The translations under genes and the position numbers were made by a program. A stretch of DNA of 17,875 bases. Origin: Armatimonadia bacterium (GTDB lineage Bacteria > Armatimonadota > Zipacnadia > Zipacnadales > UBA11051). Of this stretch, positions 15,601-17,875 are shown one piece after another (within the stretch, counting starts at the first letter, position 1; every line of letters starts with the position of its first letter). The stretch lies in contig JBDKRC010000349.1 of the NCBI GenBank assembly GCA_039683575.1, positions 1 to 17,875 on the forward strand, read 5' to 3'. The notes beneath the pieces are model-generated. The model was given only the letters and a program-made list of their open reading frames with translations. It ran no database searches and was not told where the DNA came from.

Positions 15601-16556
15601 AGCACATGGCCGGCGTCATCCGCTCGGTTGACCCGGTGACGCCGATCTGCGCCAGCCACGGCGGCGGCGGCCTGCACACTGGCGACCCGCTCTGGTGGTC
15701 GAAGAAGGCAGACATCGACTTCTATACCTACCATCTCTACTCCCACCGCGACTCGACCTCGGAAGTGACGGATTACGGTGCGGCAGTCCACGTCCTCACC
15801 ACCTACGGCCGCATGGCCGGCACCTGCATGCTGGGCGAGTCCGCCGGAGACGAGTTTGGCTACTACCCCAAAGAACGGGACGCCGACCGCCGGTACATCA
15901 TGCGCGATACCATCTGGTTCAGCCTCGTCAACGGCAACCCCGGATGCTTCTTCTGGAACTCCCGTGGCTTTGAGGTCGAGGAGTTCCGCCTGGCGCGCAA
16001 GGTTGTGTCGGGGCTGGACTTGGCCCAATGGGAGCGCAAGCGCCCCGAAGTCGGGATCGTGGTAGACCACCCCTGGGAGGACGACAAGTACTATCGCTCT
16101 CCGCAGGGGCGCGCCGATTATGCTATGATGGGCCGGTACGCCCAGCACTACCTCACAAGCGGCGGCGCCTTCGACTTCACAATGCAGCCAAACGGCTATG
16201 CGCAGACGGCCGACCTGAAGACCTTCGCGCCGCCACCGGCGACAGGTCCCGTAACCGCAGGCAAGGGTTGGCAAGTGGCCAGTCTGGAGGAGGTCAAGGG
16301 GCAGGGCCTGGCGTATATACGCAACTTCGCAGGCGTGCGCCACTGGGAGTACCCCGGCAAGACCAACATGTTCCTGCGCGACCGGCGCCCCGAGCCGCTC
16401 GTGGTGAAGCTCAGTTCGCCCGGCAAGCTGGCCCTGACCGCAACCGATCTCGATACAGGCGTGGAGAAGCGGGTCGAGATGACGGGCCCTGGGGAGCTCA
16501 ATCTGGGAACAACTGACCATGATTGGGCGCTGGTGTGGAAGGTGACGGACCGTTAG
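12657..16556 (+). CDS. Secreted multidomain glycoside hydrolase: LamG + CBM-like + Ig-like + C-terminal clan GH-A (GH5-like) domain
   Basis: Signal peptide MRQLALLILFATPLWA-Q; LamG motifs 'GTIALWVRPHW', 'WHHLAVTWD', 'LYLDG' and 'LDDLFIY.RPLS'; 'WWDTAWPYRV'; jelly-roll 'FRIDP...IEIDWVRL'; Ig-like 'LTVNDAAGKPVAGQPV'; catalytic-like 'GWEFENE' (15552-15572), 'IDFYTYHLY' and 'MLGES'. AAGGAG RBS. Confidence 0.8.
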   Translation: MRQLALLILFATPLWAQTPDLLLYAPFDGSGDAAVAGGDGRQRDLLSFVEGLRGQAVSLSSDCQYGVKGNFRAESGTIALWVRPHWNGTDATNRYLFCLYGQRGLPHSYAVNRYNLDCGGGTMRFTIFTRDEGKTVGVASPIKAWRAGQWHHLAVTWDNVNSGQPDGEMKLYLDGAPAASLTGKHIDVGPTNDVMAIGRDQDASPDYADADLDDLFIYSRPLSPEQIAQGVEAVRRLPYEVPTMAASRASVPGWWDTAWPYRVRVEVPPAATARRDLFVRCPLRAGGDLSALGERGTLDPGSLRVVQTATDGKPQVVPVRVEDGLADWVAPGETSAAGRSFWLYFQSSRFTFPQPLVAQRVTAPVTAPAVVPAATDYATVELGKPWNFDDGSFSGIDQWGDKPEYLRNRKVENGILSMDVKQDPWFIWGDMWGQVNATNQKIAIDLDKYPTLEMKVRQSLPQAKWGLFGRVGAAADLLHHAFIVSGSGWQRVRIDLRRDARWSGILSAFRIDPTEGAGAAHIEIDWVRLLALTPVEHGQVETLGQPTGVAARIDLSQPDGAAVVAGSAHELALTVNDAAGKPVAGQPVRISLADGSGGSLAEAQAQRSLEVSAQSRMGVTGPNGKLVVRYTASRQARKPADALVAQAQFTPVPEAQRVVITTPGAPHHYLVQPTKVLALKPDRLPLHLTARLVDEFDNPVANPTPRKLQWSSDERASLTRTSPSTSAGLGEAAWRGDESQRWVYTVRVKDDQGLTGESAPICLLPTKPRQNPIVLGPNGYFRQGKDGRAWVPLGGFYANWVGLPEDGEEGRKLISFVDATEEQMNHWLDFLASQGVTAMRFMLRAHTKLGMEPMDVIGRVNMPLFARVLRYMDLARRHDIKFLLVIHEDYTKPAYFNRQPLEAFCLPQYAGEDLDKLPPYQRGFIRDRKLIGLIGEKYTDPDVMACQDQYTRELLGLLKDNPQLFGWEFENEMVNCPQSWAQHMAGVIRSVDPVTPICASHGGGGLHTGDPLWWSKKADIDFYTYHLYSHRDSTSEVTDYGAAVHVLTTYGRMAGTCMLGESAGDEFGYYPKERDADRRYIMRDTIWFSLVNGNPGCFFWNSRGFEVEEFRLARKVVSGLDLAQWERKRPEVGIVVDHPWEDDKYYRSPQGRADYAMMGRYAQHYLTSGGAFDFTMQPNGYAQTADLKTFAPPPATGPVTAGKGWQVASLEEVKGQGLAYIRNFAGVRHWEYPGKTNMFLRDRRPEPLVVKLSSPGKLALTATDLDTGVEKRVEMTGPGELNLGTTDHDWALVWKVTDR

Positions 16557-16619
16557 CAGTCACTCAATTGTCATCATCACCTCGGCACGCAGTCTGTCAT
16601 GTCATCACAGGCTCACACA

Positions 16620-16757
16620 GTCCGCCATGCCAAGCGAAGTAATGCATCTCCCAACACGTCCGTCATGCTGAGCGAAGTGAAGCATCTCCCAACACGTCTG
16701 TCATGCTGAGCGAAGTGAAGCATCTCTCCGGAGATACCCACCGGCTTTCAGAGTGAC
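16620..16757 (+). repeat. 38-bp tandem repeat (about 3 copies) of a CGTC-type palindromic element, plus a degenerate inverted copy
   Basis: Units start at 16620, 16658 and 16696 with consensus GTCYGTCATGCTGAGCGAAGTGAAGCATCTCCCAACAC. The downstream GAGAT...TCAGAGTGACA is a partial reverse complement. Confidence 0.88.
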
Positions 16758-16806
16758 AAATACATACAGAATACCAAGCCAACCGAAGCACAGACAGGAG
16801 ACCCAT

Positions 16807-17856
16807 ATGAGCAAGACGCGTATCGCAATCATCGGCTGTGGCGGAATGGCCAAGAGCCATGCCAGCCGCTTCAGCATGATCCTCGACCAGGTTGAAATCG
16901 CCGCCGCCGTGGACATCGTGCGGGAGAAGGCCCAGGCCGTCGCAGACCTGATGCCGCCCGGCACCATCGTCGCCGAAGACTACCACGATGTCCTTGACGA
17001 GGTGGATGCGGTGCTCGTGGTCCTGCCGCACCACCTGCACCACCCCGTGACGCTCGAGTGCCTCGCCGCCGGCAAGCACGTCCTCGTCGAAAAGCCCATG
17101 GCCAACACCGAGGCCCAATGCATCGAGATGATCGAGGCCGCCAGGAAAGCCAACCGCGTGCTCATGACTGCCTACTGCATGCGCTTCAACCCGCTCGCGG
17201 TGAAGATGAAGGAACTCATCGCCGACAAGACCTTCGGCGAGTGCTTCCAGCTCTCGATCTGGACCGAGCAGCTGACCAAGTATGGCCCCGACCACTGGAT
17301 CAGCAGCGCCAAGCTGCTCGGCGGCGGACAGCTCTTCAGCCACGGCTGCCACTACATTGACCTCATGCTGTGGATGATGGGCCGTCCGGTGCAGGGCACC
17401 CACTTCGGCACCAACTTCTGCACGCCGTGGATGGAGCGCGAGGGTACGAGCCACGTCACCATCGGCTTTGAGAACGGCGCCATCGGCTATCACCAGGGCA
17501 CCTGGGGCGCGCGCGGCACCCGCCTGCGCTACTCCTTCCACGCCCACTGCGAGCAGGGCATGATCGAGGCGAACATCAGCGAGGGCAAGCTGATCCTGCA
17601 CTCCGAGATGGCCCCGCACGTGCCCGGACAGGTCGAGCGTCAGGGCGAAGAGATCCTGCTCGAGGCCCCCGGCGCCAAGCCGACCGAGGTCGAGATGGCG
17701 CACTTCATCGAGTGCATCAAGACCGGCCAGAAGCCGCTGACGGACCCGGTAAGCTCGCTGGAGGGCTTGCAGGTGATCTGGAAGCTCTACGAAGCCGAGG
17801 AACAGCACAAGCTGGCTGATCTGCGAGGTCTGGGACTGGGGACGTACAAGGGGTAG
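16807..17856 (+). CDS. Gfo/Idh/MocA family NAD(P)-dependent oxidoreductase
   Basis: 'RIAIIGCGGMA', 'VDAVLVVLPHHLH', 'AGKHVLVEKPMA' and 'GGGQLFSHGCHYIDL'. AGGAG RBS before ATG 16807. Confidence 0.93.
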   Translation: MSKTRIAIIGCGGMAKSHASRFSMILDQVEIAAAVDIVREKAQAVADLMPPGTIVAEDYHDVLDEVDAVLVVLPHHLHHPVTLECLAAGKHVLVEKPMANTEAQCIEMIEAARKANRVLMTAYCMRFNPLAVKMKELIADKTFGECFQLSIWTEQLTKYGPDHWISSAKLLGGGQLFSHGCHYIDLMLWMMGRPVQGTHFGTNFCTPWMEREGTSHVTIGFENGAIGYHQGTWGARGTRLRYSFHAHCEQGMIEANISEGKLILHSEMAPHVPGQVERQGEEILLEAPGAKPTEVEMAHFIECIKTGQKPLTDPVSSLEGLQVIWKLYEAEEQHKLADLRGLGLGTYKG

Positions 17857-17875
17857 AGTAAGAAATCGACAGGCT

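Noticed and set aside
16620-16729. Possible mini CRISPR array
   Set aside because: The linkers between the palindromes are identical and only about 10 nt long, so there are no unique spacers, and no cas genes are present. It is a tandem repeat.
16663-17808. 381-aa minus-strand ORF
   Set aside because: It is an antisense shadow of the Gfo/Idh/MocA gene, caused by GC-biased codon usage that depletes stop codons.

Overview
GC-rich bacterial window, possibly Armatimonadota-like. That guess rests on the '[12 protein letters not shown]' DUF1559 pilin-like protein and the LamG-rich secreted enzyme. Minus strand, read right to left: a probably leaderless, Cys-tailed MarR regulator; a secreted protein with two secretin-N0/STN-like repeats; a DUF1559 prepilin-type protein; then a tightly coupled trio of a methyltransferase-GT2 fusion, a GT-C (ArnT/PMT-like) membrane glycosyltransferase and a bifunctional L-fucokinase/GDP-fucose pyrophosphorylase (Fkp). 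After a GTAG-type REP doublet come a sigma70 promoter, a compact cobalamin riboswitch with a terminator, and a Btu-type ABC transporter (binding protein, ATPase, start of permease). Plus strand: a divergent spore-photoproduct-lyase-like radical SAM gene 15 nt upstream of a 1299-aa secreted LamG/CBM/Ig/clan GH-A glycoside hydrolase, then CGTC-type palindromic tandem repeats and a Gfo/Idh/MocA oxidoreductase. The best candidate for an undescribed system is the Fkp + MT-GT2 + GT-C trio, a putative lipid-carrier (methyl)fucosylation pathway. All assignments come from motif recognition only; no searches were run.
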